A DNA stretch of 61,015 bases, counting the filler, from Hausera hauseri (taxonomy: Eukaryota), in the NCBI GenBank assembly GCA_046269625.1. It is 11 parts of 11 records of this genome, joined end to end, with 100 filler letters (N's around TTAATTAATTAA, not from the genome) between each part and the next. Parts side by side here need not be neighbours in the genome. Positions count along the whole stretch, not along the records: positions 43,525 to 51,430 come from JBJURY010885401.1; positions 51,531 to 56,298 come from JBJURY010443134.1; positions 56,399 to 61,015 come from JBJURY010502242.1; 8 more parts are not named here. One strand, written 5' to 3'. The position numbers and the translations under genes were made by a program. The notes under the pieces are model-generated. The model was not told the origin of the DNA and made no database searches. It saw nothing but the letters and a program-made list of their open reading frames with translations. How positions within the stretch are numbered: position 1 is the stretch's first letter; every line of letters starts with the position of its first letter. Positions 49,301-60,850 of this stretch are shown one piece after another.

Positions 49301-49344
49301 AGGTGGATGATTTTGAAGAAAGATGCAGAAAGTTGATCATGGAT

Positions 49345-49651
49345 ATTGTTGGCTGCGAGCGCTCCACACCATCCACGTCATCGCCCAGCCGGGTTAGGGT
49401 TTTAAAATACCCTCCCTCTGGTATGTCTGCTGAATCAGAATTGGATTGTTTGAGATTACTCATTGAAAAGTAAACACCAGTAGAAATTTTTATTGTAATC
49501 CAAATTATTTATTTTGAAACAAATTTTCTAAATCCAAATCAGATTTGCAATATTACCTTAGAAATTTAATTAATTAATTTTAATTAAATTTTTCTAAATT
49601 ATTCCAAATTACAATCTTAATTTAAATTCTCTTATCAATTATATCCTCACA
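49345..49651 (-). repeat. LTR/PBS/ORF-start repeat (homolog of 29780-30090) interrupting the piggyBac 3' end
   Basis: TGTGAGGATATAAT starts exactly where the transposase sequence breaks off (VHPR|CEDII). Confidence 0.7.
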
Positions 49652-51203
49652 ACGTGGATGGACCAATCTTTCTTCAATGTAGGACTTTGAAAATTGAAAG
49701 GTCAAATGCAACAAAAACTGCTTCCTGTCACCAGAATAACCTCGCTTTCGCATTATTAAGAAAGCATTGTAACACGAAACATCTAGGATATTGTAGTGAA
49801 CAAGCATTAGCGATCGCACAGTTTTTCTGCGATATGTAAAGGTTTTGGTTCGGTTATAATCGGTGATGAGGACAGGCTTTCTTTGAATATCATCATTTAT
49901 TTCTAGACCAGAATGAGATGAGCTCAACATCATAAGATTTTTGTTTCTTTTGGGCAATTAAAAACAAACAACTATTTTCTTTTCATGCTCAAACAAGAAA
50001 TTTGGTGAAAATATTTTTCTGTCTTTAATAACTTTCAAGCTTTGAGGAATATCCCTCCTGTTAGTGTTTAAATTCCCAAGCAATGATAATTGTTTTTTGA
50101 GAAGCTCTGTGGCTAATGTATGTCATGAAAAATAACGATCAGTTACAATTTCTCTCCCCGATCCATGATACGGTTCTGTCAGTTACATTACAATATGAGT
50201 GCCTAAGTTTCTGTGCGGTTCCAAACGATTTCCTCTAGAGTAAATTAAAAAATTTAAAGTATAACCGGATGAAGATTTACAATTCCAAAAACTTTGAGCC
50301 CAAATTTTCTTGGTTTGCTTGGCATATAAGTTCTTCCTGGTATTCGTCCACGGTAGCCAAATAACTGTTCATCCACGGTTAGAAAAAAGTCAGAAACATA
50401 AAATCTTCTATGGTTTCCATTGAACAAGGATATTAAGTCCCTTACAGCTGCAAGTTTGTCATCTCTCTTATGTTATCATATCTCAAGGTTCTGAGGAAAA
50501 ATGTAAAGCGATTTTATGACATGCATATTCTGTAAAAGGGACGTGCATTGACAGAATCCCACAACAAACTCAAATCATTGAAGTTATCTCTATCACGTCC
50601 TGCACGCAACATGATTGCAATACCAGCAAGGTATGCATCATAAGGAAATTCACGATAAATATGCTTATTTGACACATTGGCAGGCAAATTTTGCCGAATT
50701 GCCTTAACTTTCAGATTTGAATAGCGGAGATTTGTCCGTACAATAAATTCAGAATAAATGATGTAGAATGATTCCATCTCATTGACAGGATTAGCCATGA
50801 CCTTGGGTTGTTCTGTGACAATGTTGCATTGCCTAAATCGATTTGAAAATGGTTGTTTGTTAAATGAAACACCAGTCCATGACATTTCAACATCGTTTCT
50901 AGGATCAGTGTTCAATCTTTCCCCAGTACCATCAACACGGTCATCATCTGAAATAGAAACATCCTCCTCACTGTCTTCAACTTCCACTTCAAGTTCACCT
51001 TCGCTTGTCTCTATTCCATCATCACATTCAGAACTGCTTTCATTCTCTAAAACATTGTCATTTGACATTTCATCTGCATCATCATCAGACATGTCAGTTG
51101 CAGTTTTATTATTACGGACGTGGACATTCTCGTCATCTTCGTCACCAAGTAAAATTTGACAGGCTTCCACAAATGCATTATGACTTTCTCTCATCATTTC
51201 CAA
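49652..51203 (-). mobile_element. piggyBac (PGBD-like) transposase pseudogene
   Basis: Acidic N-terminus; PFYRICMS*NRF; LTVDEQLFGYRGR, YMPSKPRKFGLK, IVTDRYFS, MMLSSSH, KPVLITDYNRTK, NILDVSCYNAF; the GGVD segment carrying the third catalytic Asp is missing. Confidence 0.92.
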
Positions 51204-51530
51204 GAAACAACAAGTGCAGTATAATTATTCTTAAATATTATAAATAAGAAAAATAAGACACTACATTGCTATATTAACAACAGATAACTGATGGGACCCG
51301 ATTGTTAGTTAGGGAATCCTGCAAAAGTCCGATCAGAAATCGAAATTGGGATAAAGAAAAGAGTATGCGTGTACATAGAATGTATGTGTGTATAGGAATG
51401 GAAACGGGTATATTGGTATCATATGTATAGNNNNNNNNNNNNNNNNNNNNNNNNNNNNNNNNNNNNNNNNNNNNTTAATTAATTAANNNNNNNNNNNNNN
51501 NNNNNNNNNNNNNNNNNNNNNNNNNNNNNN

Positions 51531-52181
51531 TTACCCCATATAAATGTTATGACTCTTCTACGACAGCCATCTTCAATACCACATCCACGTTATCAACCTG
51601 AACGAATCACTAGATCATTGCCTGAATTGCCAGTGCAGGTACCCACAATAATACCTACACCAACTATTTCGTATAGTCCACCATTACCAATATCTTTACA
51701 AGAAGACTGGTTCCCAGTCTTTAAAAAATGTCCGATTGACCTTATATCTGATCTAGCCCCTCCTGACTTATGGGCAACACTACAATCTCACTACTACGAC
51801 CAACTCCCTACATACGAATGTACTATATGTCTTACCGAAAGAATAACAGTAGTTCAGTTTCAATGCAACCACAAATTATGTGCAACCTGTTTTAACAAAC
51901 TTCGATCTCAATCCCTCAAATCGATCAATCCAGAAGATGCTCTTCAAATGACTTTTCAAAACGGTATCTCATGCCCATACTGCCGACAACCATCAATTTA
52001 CTACCATTTTTCCTATATCTATGACAATCGAACTCAACGATTATGCCATTGGATGAATCAAATAAACGATGCAACATTGACAGTAAGACCCCGAAATCTC
52101 AGTTTTATCGATGTCAGTACCCAGAGTGATCCGGAGGACCGAATCCTTTTCAAAGGGGGGAGAAATGTTGAGATACTTTAA
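51531..52181 (+). CDS. Pro-rich linker plus C3HC4 RING domain ORF ending across the PPT/LTR junction; open to the contig's 5' edge
   Basis: CTIC-x11-CNH-x2-CATC-x27-CPYC at 51819-51983; ends PEDRILFKGGRNV; no stop between 51531 and the first ATG. Confidence 0.88.
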   Translation, partial: LPHINVMTLLRQPSSIPHPRYQPERITRSLPELPVQVPTIIPTPTISYSPPLPISLQEDWFPVFKKCPIDLISDLAPPDLWATLQSHYYDQLPTYECTICLTERITVVQFQCNHKLCATCFNKLRSQSLKSINPEDALQMTFQNGISCPYCRQPSIYYHFSYIYDNRTQRLCHWMNQINDATLTVRPRNLSFIDVSTQSDPEDRILFKGGRNVEIL

Positions 52182-52600
52182 CAAACAATATTCTGTATAA
52201 CTTCTCCATGATTGAGATACTTTAACAACCTCTTTTATTTAGTTGTTAAGCCTCCATGATAGGCATTTTTATTACGCTGTTGATTGTAGATTATTTGTGA
52301 ACCTTTTCGTTCTACAACCACTTTTGTAACCATCATGAGACTTTTCGTTCTACAATCACTTTTGTAACCATCACGAAATAACAGATTATTTTAAATTGTA
52401 AATTAGTCACTCACTTAATTTTAGAATTGGATTTAAGAATTCGTCAGAATTAGTCACTCACTTGATTTAAGAAATTAGATTTAAGAATTCGTCAGATTGA
52501 CGTCATCCACAGGAATTTAAAATAACAAATAGAATTAAAAATAGAAATTTATAATCAAATCGATAGGTATAAATACGTGAAAACATTTGCAAACGACACA
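52152..52600 (+). promoter_or_regulatory. PPT (52152-52165) and U3-like start of a 3' LTR with duplicated motifs, CRE and TATA box
   Basis: AAAGGGGGGAGAAA|TGTTGAGATA; three pairs of direct repeats (from ~52168/52212, ~52303/52341, ~52401/52449); TTAGTCA twice; TGACGTCA at ~52497; TATAAATA at ~52568. Confidence 0.7.
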
Positions 52601-53968
52601 CTTTTTTCTTCATACATAATCCGACGTAGTAAAATTTGAAGCGTTCTGGTAGCTTCTATAAATTATTAGAATAATCTTTAATTTTATAGAGTAGTCAATC
52701 ATACCGAACTGATCATTCATTTCTGAGAATAATTGAAATCTAATTCTATACCTACTACTATCCATATGGCTGCACAGAGAAATCCTAATTTTGATTCCCT
52801 TGAAAGTAATGATGGTAAGCAATTGATTTGTCATTGAGTTTGTATCTATTGATGTATTTATTTTGTTATACAATAAATTATTCTGAAGATAAATCCAAGA
52901 GACTCAAAATGATAATTGAAAATCGGATTGGAGTCTTAATGAATTAAAATTTGTGTTATAATAGATGATTTATTCAGGTGTTCTAAATTATTTATTAAAA
53001 GGAATTGCTAAAATCCATTCCAAGAAATGAGTCGAAAGGCGAATTGTTTGTTAGAAACGAACTGATCATCGATCAATGTTCATTTTACAAAGGACCCGAC
53101 GTGCAATAGTGGCTCGGCTCAGCAGCTTTAATGAAGGAAAATATGAAGAGATACGGAGAAATTATACAAACGGAGATGCGACACTCTGTGTTGGGGATTG
53201 GGTTATTTTATATATATCCGGGATGGTGAGGAAATATCGTAATGTAATTTTGTCTGCAATTTATCTGAATCCAGTGATTTCTAATTTGATAAAATATTTT
53301 ATGTGTTTAATGCCCTTGAATTATTCAATCTATTAATTAGGATTTAATGAGTTTGAGGGTTACACCTTGTACGAATCGTCGGGAGATTTGAGTATTATAG
53401 ATAATGTGGATGGTTTTATGTAATAATCTCCTTTAGAAGTTTAAAAGAAAGGAAAAGAAGAAAGTTGATTGTATTTTTGTATCATTATGCCCCTTAAATG
53501 AAAATCAATTTTTTTAATTAAATAAAGTATCAAACAAAAGCTTTGAACAATAAGTGATTTAATGTATTGGGGAATCATTTAGATCTTTGACGATGTTTTT
53601 AAATTTTGTGTTCAACCGATGGCCAGGTATAGTATTACGAATGGTTGGTTTCAATGTTGTTTCAAGATTTACTGATGTGAACTTCGGTCGTAGCAAGGAA
53701 TTGATGGGAGGCTATCCAAGTCATCTATATGAAACAAAGGCGGTTTAACAGCTGAATGCAATCGACAACTACAAGGAGGTGAATTCGGAATTACCAGGAT
53801 TGATTGCGTCGGGGTCACTCAGTCAGTTGTGGTCATGATGTATATGTATATGAGGGTATGTATGTACATGTACGGGGATGGCAAATTTTGTTTACCTGGT
53901 GATCTGGCGTTGATGTCAATAAAAATAAATTAAATAGGTCAGTACTTATATTGTAGCTCTCCAACAAT

Positions 53969-54175
53969 ATATTAGAGTTGAATTACGCAGTAGATATATA
54001 TTGATAAAACTCTTTTATTATTTAATGAATATTTCCGATAAGATTTTATTATAATAATTATCCTTGTGACAATGTATTAGAGTTGAACAGCAAAGTAGAC
54101 ATATCGTGGTATAACTCTTTTTATTATTTAATGAGTATTCCTGATAGGATTTTATTATGATAATTATCCTTGTGA
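53969..54175. repeat. Two-copy ~105-nt tandem duplication
   Basis: TATTAGAGTTGAA...AACTCTTTTTATTATTTAATGA...ATAATTATCCTTGTGA occurs twice. Confidence 0.85.
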
Positions 54176-54974
54176 GTGATATCTGCATGTGATAACAAAT
54201 TGGTTCGAATTGGATCTAGTCTCGTACACTTCATGAAGATATGAATATGCACCGACCCTTGAGAAATTAGCGTTAACAAAAAACTTAGTTGTTATGACTG
54301 TTAGAAGACGTTGATAACAGGAGATTTAAATTGTGGGACCTATGTATTTATGTAGCTCAGAATTTCAAATTGAGTGGAGCGATTGATTGTTTGAACTCTC
54401 GTTATGAGACTAATTGTTCAGAATATTTCTCTTGTTCCATTAAAATATTATTAGAGGAAAGAAAATGAGGTGTAGGAACTAATAAAGGTATGAAAATAAA
54501 TGTTGCTTGTAGAAAATAGCTCTAACAATGTTAAGGCTTTATTCTTAAAAGAATGAATGCACGGTATGAGTCAGATACCAGAGTGACCATATGACCTAAC
54601 AAGATGATTCAAAGATCAGAGTAGAAAACCTAACGAATAGAAGAATAATAGACGACACAATAACCAAATAACAACCTTGGGCGCAGATTACCTTGGTAAT
54701 CCTACCGCCACCGAACAAACACACCTTCAGGTTACATATATGTTGGAGGATAAAGGAAGTTAAAGGAAAAGACGAATACAATACAGGAGTTAAGCGAATT
54801 ACAATGGTTTAATGGACGTCATGAAAGCAGTTGTATATATCAAAGATATTACAATAATCCAACATATAAACTGGTGCCCCGAGTGAGGACACCTTTAGAT
54901 TATACAAGAAAAGATTGTGATTAAAATGATAACTGATAATTTTAGGAAAATTTTACCTGGATTTTGAAATTTAG

Positions 54975-55285
54975 ACAGCAAGTACGGACCAGTGCAGTGT
55001 GAAATTTGCTTTGGACCACTGGGTCGGCATTATGCACTTTTTCGGTGCACACACATTATGTGTGTTAATTGCGCAGACCGTTGGCTATCGAAGAGCCAAA
55101 CGTGCCCCTTCTGCAGAAGAAAAATAAGCTCATATCAGTGTCGGGGAGCCACTGTGGTGGTAATTCCAGATGATGAAGAAGATGAACAAGAAAATGAAAT
55201 GGAGGAGGACCCGAATGAACTTTATGTATTAGGACCAAATCAACTTGTGCAAATGCCTATTTCATTATGTATTAAATACAGATAG
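54975..55285 (+). CDS. Small C3HC4 RING protein or exon with acidic tail
   Basis: CEIC...CTH..CVNC...W.....CPFCRR; no ATG before the RING; AG acceptor at 54973-54974. Confidence 0.8.
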
Positions 55286-55489
55286 TATAGAATTGAGTTA
55301 TGGGCTGATGGTTTTGAAGCTGTTTAAATTAGAATGAGTGATGAATTAGTTGATCTAAATGAACAATATGTATATGTCTTAAGGAAGTGGTCTGCAAACC
55401 ATGAGCGGGATAAAAGGAGGGAAATGACAAATAATATTGATTCAATAAATTAAAGTTTAAGGAATTGGATTGAGTAATATTGATTTTAG

Positions 55490-55725
55490 GTTGCATCATC
55501 TGTAAAAGATTTCCGGAAACTTGGGATGAGGAAGAGAATCCCTGTCCCCTATGTTATTTAGTGGAGAAATTAAGTCAACCAGAAGATTTATTCGAGTGCG
55601 GTCATTGCGGGGAAGAGGCTAACTTAGGCTTAATGACGTTGGATGAAGATTACCGTTTATTATGTCCTGTTTGCGCCTTGTCGTGGAATGATTTCGAAGA
55701 AATTAACAAATTGATTAACTTATGA
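55490..55725 (+). CDS. Small acidic protein or exon with four CxxC pairs
   Basis: CIIC, CPLC, CGHC, CPVC; preceded by TTTTAG (55488-55489) and followed by AATAAA. Confidence 0.6.
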
Positions 55726-55790
55726 AATTTGTAATGGAAATAAATAAATTGATTATTGTACCTAGTGAAATTTGGTTTCGTTTATTGTAG

Positions 55791-56203
55791 AAAGATGCCC
55801 TATCTGTTTGGATAACATGGCATGCGAAAGGACGGTGCTACCATGCCAACACCAGTATTGTACTCAGTGCATTAATACTTGGTTAAATGAACAGAGTAAT
55901 TGCCCTTGTTGTCGACGAGTTTGCACGTTTTGCTGGGTATGCCTTAAATTGGTGACAGATAATCTGATTGTTCTATCGTGTCGACATGTGTTCTGCCAAC
56001 CGTGTATTTTGGAGTATTTGGGATGCTGTCAATGTTGTCCTTACTGTCTTGAATCAGTGGACTTTTATGTTGCAGAAGGAGTGATCACATATCTAAATAT
56101 GGATAATCGCTCATCCATAATATTGGTAATTGATGAGGACGATGGCAGTTGGCCGGAACAGTGGAGAAACCCATCACCTTATACGATATTAGACTTTAAA
56201 TAA
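55791..56203 (+). CDS. Tandem double C3HC4 RING protein or exon
   Basis: CPIC...CQH..CTQC..W....CPCCR immediately followed by CWVC...CRH..CQPC...CPYC; preceded by TTTATTGTAG (55789-55790); stop overlaps AATAAA. Confidence 0.82.
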
Positions 56204-56399
56204 AATTGAATTATTAATAAAATTAATTGTGGTAAATTGTTCGTTTCGATTTCTTAAGGTTATTCCCCCAATTTGAATTCCATATCTATATTATCTCANN
56301 NNNNNNNNNNNNNNNNNNNNNNNNNNNNNNNNNNNNNNNNNNTTAATTAATTAANNNNNNNNNNNNNNNNNNNNNNNNNNNNNNNNNNNNNNNNNNNNC

Positions 56400-56500
56400 G
56401 GACATCTCGTTGTTTGTCAAATGTGTTCCACCAAAAAACCCACCTGTGTCACGAATGTAAATGCGCTATAATGGAAATTGTACACATTTATTACGAATGA
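56400..56500 (+). pseudogene. C-terminal IAP/MDM2-type RING fragment
   Basis: GHLVVCQMCSTKK/HLCHECKCAIMEIVHIYYE* with one frameshift fits the terminal GHLVxCxxC...CxxCR..I....iy pattern. Confidence 0.55.
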
Positions 56501-56826
56501 CTTCTTCAATAACAAAACGAAGAGGTGTAATGGGCTTCAATGACGTGGAGGTAATTTTAACTAGTATGCATCATTGTGATAAGACAATACTCACAAAGTA
56601 AATGTCTATTGTTTACAATGAAAACAAACCGGAATGAACAAATTTGACAAATATGGATGCAATTTCATTTCACGTTTGTCTTCTTTAAGCAATGTCTTTG
56701 GAAAACAATTCAGCAGGTAACATTTCCACGAGTCTCTTAAAAAAGCCACGGCAGAACAATTATTCGCTCAGAAATTCTCGGTTGTATAACGGATACAACT
56801 TACATTATCTGCGCAACGCTATTTAA

Positions 56827-57159
56827 TTGCCATTGACGCAAACGGTCAAAATCATACCGGTGGAGGATGGTCTATTGGTGGAAAAGATCAGCGACGATGA
56901 TTTGGATACAATGGAAGACATTATTAGAAAAGGTGATAGTGACTTGGTGTTGAGTAACGATATCCGAGATACATCGTCAATTTTTCTCAAAGAAAATAAG
57001 GCAAAAATTGTCAGTTCACATGGCGGAGAAAGAGCAGCAGCAGCAGTTGTGCCACCGGAAGGAGCTAGAGGCTACCTGACATTGAAGTTCAGAGGATTCA
57101 AGGAAATGAGCGACGTCAAATCCACAATATGGAAAATTGGGAAGTTTACAATGATTTAA
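56827..57159 (+). CDS. Hypothetical Polinton-associated protein, possibly an OB-fold ssDNA-binding protein
   Basis: 110-codon ORF convergent with polB; beta-strand-like C-terminus GYLTLKFRGFK...IWKIGKF; the fold is a guess. Confidence 0.3.
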   Translation: MPLTQTVKIIPVEDGLLVEKISDDDLDTMEDIIRKGDSDLVLSNDIRDTSSIFLKENKAKIVSSHGGERAAAAVVPPEGARGYLTLKFRGFKEMSDVKSTIWKIGKFTMI

Positions 57160-57427
57160 CTGACTTTGTCTTTTTGATTTTAGTTTTTCTCTGATCAATA
57201 AGTAAATGTATTCGTGTTACATATTTTGTTTTCTACAAAGTTATTCTTTTACTTTTACTTTTATCTTATATAATAATAATAGGTTAAGTAACCAAAAGCA
57301 AAACACAAAAGACACTGAACAAAGAACGTTATTAACATTGAAATAAATTAATGTACAAAAGATAATTGTCACAATATCGAGACCAGATTGAACTGCCTGT
57401 ATATGATCTGATACCATCGAACGTGTT

Positions 57428-60400
57428 TTATTTCAACCTCCAATGTCCATATGCCCAACTCTTATTTCGATCCACGCACTTTCGCTTATCATCTTTACAT
57501 GACAAAGCGACTTTCGCACTAATTATTGTATACAGCTGGTGCTCAATTGATCGGATGATCGTTTGAGACACAACAGCCATTGATTGTCCTCCTTCTGCTG
57601 CTGCTGCTTCATATATACGGCAATAATCACCGTGGCTGATTTTTATCTGTCTCAGCTGGACTCCTTTTGCCCGAATTTTCGGTTCACAGTCCGTCAGAAG
57701 ACTGTAGCACTTTGGCCGTAGGAATATCTATTTCTGATATTGAACCTTGCCTTCACTTTCATCCTTGAAGCAGCCGATTTTGTTGGTGATCGCGCTGTTG
57801 TACAAAGGATGACCGGTGAATAGTTAGACGTGTCCAGTAATCCATCTAACTGTATTTCCTGCAGTAGTTGTTCGCGATTGACTTTTTTCAGCCCCAGGAA
57901 AAAACTGTCTGTTTCACCGGCAATTATACTAATGTCACAGCCGCCAAACATTTGCCAGTAATGTGCCAAATCGCGATACTGTAGCTCATACATCCACAAC
58001 TTGCTCAAGTCCAATACCACTTGTCCGATGTAACTTGGCCGGTCCAAAACGACTTCTTTTCTGTTTAATAGGACCGCAACCAATCCGTCGGCGACGTTCA
58101 TTGACCGTCGAAACTGCGCCTTACTCGTGTATATGACCAACCGCTTTTAGCTATTGCATAGGCGTAATTGAGCCGCTTTTCAAAATCTTCACAGTTGTTC
58201 CGTACAGGGAATTGTCTTTCAGCTTGTAGTAGTCCTTTTCGAATTTTGTACAAACTGCGGCACCTTTCTCCGAATTTCCATCTATGTACGCCTTGAATAT
58301 GGAAGCCTGAGCAAATCTAATTTCACGATGCAGCTGTGTGACGCGAACACCGAGCTGTATGTAGAACTGTAGCAGATGCCAATTGACCACGTAATTCAGC
58401 TTCGATTCATGCTTTATGAGGAGTTTTTTCACTTTTGAGCCAGGTGGACATTGGTTAAATTGTGCAACAGGTAAATCGTCCAAAACGTCATGCAGCTCAT
58501 CTGGTACCACGAGATAGACCTCTATCAGGTATCCAATTGAGCCTGCCATGTCTGTTCGTGGTAGATTGATCATTATGTTGTCCAGATCTTGTCCGTCAAC
58601 AACCCATTCGAATGAACCGTACGGCAAGGGTTGTGAAAGCGCCCAGTTGAACGGGTTATTAATATCAATATGCAGCAGTGATGTGGTATCGGTAGCACGG
58701 ACCTGATGCTTGTTAACAAATGTCATGCCGTCGTGAATATCAACATCAAACAACCGGTACATTTCCAGGTCTTGGAGTAGCTCAGTGTCTCGATCCACTG
58801 ACATTAAAGCTGACGCCCAACTCATTCCTGGTATGGAATAAAAGCTGAGTGGCTCCAGCCTATCTTCAGCCAACGCTTTCGCTCGAAATGCTTAAAACAC
58901 ATAGGCTAATAAGTACATGTCCAGTTTAAGATACTGGAGCATGTAATCCAACATATTTCTACATCTGAGTTCTGTACAACACCTCTGTGCTTTCTGGTAT
59001 TCATCCTCTGCGATACCTGTCCATTGCGGCGGTAATTCATCTGCTGTGCGGAGTCGCTCATACGATATTGCAAAGTCATATGGGAATAAGCCTTTTTTGC
59101 GTCCCATATGTGCGGGGAACTGCGTCAGTGCTATCGGCACATCTGGCAAGGCATTTACCAGCTTTGAGAAATTGCAATGAATCGAGGAAGCAAACCTGGA
59201 ACCGGTTTATACGAGCAGACAGTGACAGGTATTTCTCCATCGTAGTCGGAATTATGGATAGTTTCCAGTGCGGAAATCCGTTTATTGCCCATTTCAAAAT
59301 ATGATGACATTCATAACCCCGGAAGTTATGAAAAATCGCCGGCAGGAATGGCCGCATACGCCTTTGCAAATTGCATGAATTACATGCTGCTCCGAGATAT
59401 TGACCGGTAAAATGATCGTGATCTGGTATGAGCAGTTCGTGTGCATTAAACTGTAATATTGTGACACAGGTAACATTCATGTGACTGCGATTTCAGTTTT
59501 CACTATGGTTTGCAACTGCTACAAGAAATAGTGTACATAATTCCATCCGTGGAAAGCATAATATTGAGGATGACCTGCATCTTTTATTGGGACAACCAAC
59601 AGACCTACGGCGATTGGAACATGTTTTTGGTCATATATGTTGTACCGTGGTAAGATAGCTTCGATATCGGCATATACCACATATGCCGGACTGTCTGTTT
59701 TTGACCAATCAGTGAACCTGAGTTTCTGTTTGACGGGCATGTCATACATTGTGGTTCCTGATGAATTTTGTCTGCACAGAGTCACATGTTTTACCAATGT
59801 TGTTTCCGACCTGAATCCTTGAAGATATACAGGCTGCCATTTACACTATCCGTTTTTGGAGGAAATGGTCATGCTTCATGTTCAGTAGTTTGTCCATATT
59901 TGTCACTGCAACGTAATGGTACTTTTCTTTTCGTTCCAGTAGCAAAAAATTTACTGAACAGCGGCTATTTGTGTTCCGACTACGATGGATTATATCCACA
60001 TGAGGGTTTTTGTAAATTTCTTCATCCACCGGTATTTCTAACATGGTGTTGTACCGGAACATGTTGATTTCCGGTGTCGGATTACGCCGCTCAAAAGTCA
60101 GAATGGATTTCAGTTTCTCAGCATCCAGCTTTCATCGAAATCCAGTTCGGCAAAATATTTCTGATACTATTTTGGACGAGATGCACTATGTCTGTCTACT
60201 TCGTCATATTTCAATACCGCGAGAATACTGTAAATAAAACAGTATTCATCATTGGTATTTTTTACATTTACTACCGCCAGACTGCTTTAGAGCTGCAGGT
60301 GTCGTCATGAATGATCGTCCAGACAAATATATTACATCACTCAACTTTTTTTATGATAAAACCGAGAGTGACAATTTTTATAATTCGCCATTCACCACCC

Positions 60401-60850
60401 TTTCCAGTGTAGTTGGCGATTTTTTCATCCAGCTTTTCGCCTACGTCAGCAATAAAATCTTCGGAATACAGTACGGCTCGATGTGAAAGTACCATTGTTT
60501 CCTTACACCTTCCAAATTTTTAAATTCTGCAAGTGCATAATATTGCACTTTGCAGTCATGTTGTTGGAATTTGGCCACCTCTGTTTTTAGCCGGTTACGC
60601 ACATGAGTAGATACATCCTTCAGTTTTCACCGACATGTCCACCTTCATGTCCACGTACGATCTGTTTAGATCGTACCTGACTGTAATGTTGGCATCCTGT
60701 TCTTGTTGAAGCTGTTCCTGCTGCTGCTGATGGTGCTGGGTACTGTTTCTGATTAAGTCGTCAAGACTTGTTGAGGCCTCACGTTTCCTACTGGTTGCTG
60801 AGGGATGCTGCTTCTGCTGGTTGAGTCTATAACTAGTTGTTTTTTCGACC
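57428..60850 (-). pseudogene. polB: Second Polinton/Maverick protein-primed PolB (HNH/endonuclease VII insert type), heavily frameshifted
   Basis: YHYVAVTNMDKLL; ExoI VYADIEA; DHDHFTGQYLGAACNSCNL; ExoII FHNFRGYE; KKGLFPYDF; ExoIII YLKLDM; motif A HIDINN...LSQPLPYG; motif B KLKDNSLYG; motif C GETDSF; C-terminal KDDKR...AYGHWRLK* at 57428. The 5' limit is approximate. Confidence 0.92.

Noticed and set aside
4569-56398. Regularly recurring TTAATTAATTAA palindromes as a biological repeat or CRISPR-like array
   Set aside because: They are always centred in identical N blocks and are an assembly linker. ORFs containing X that run into them have artificial ends.
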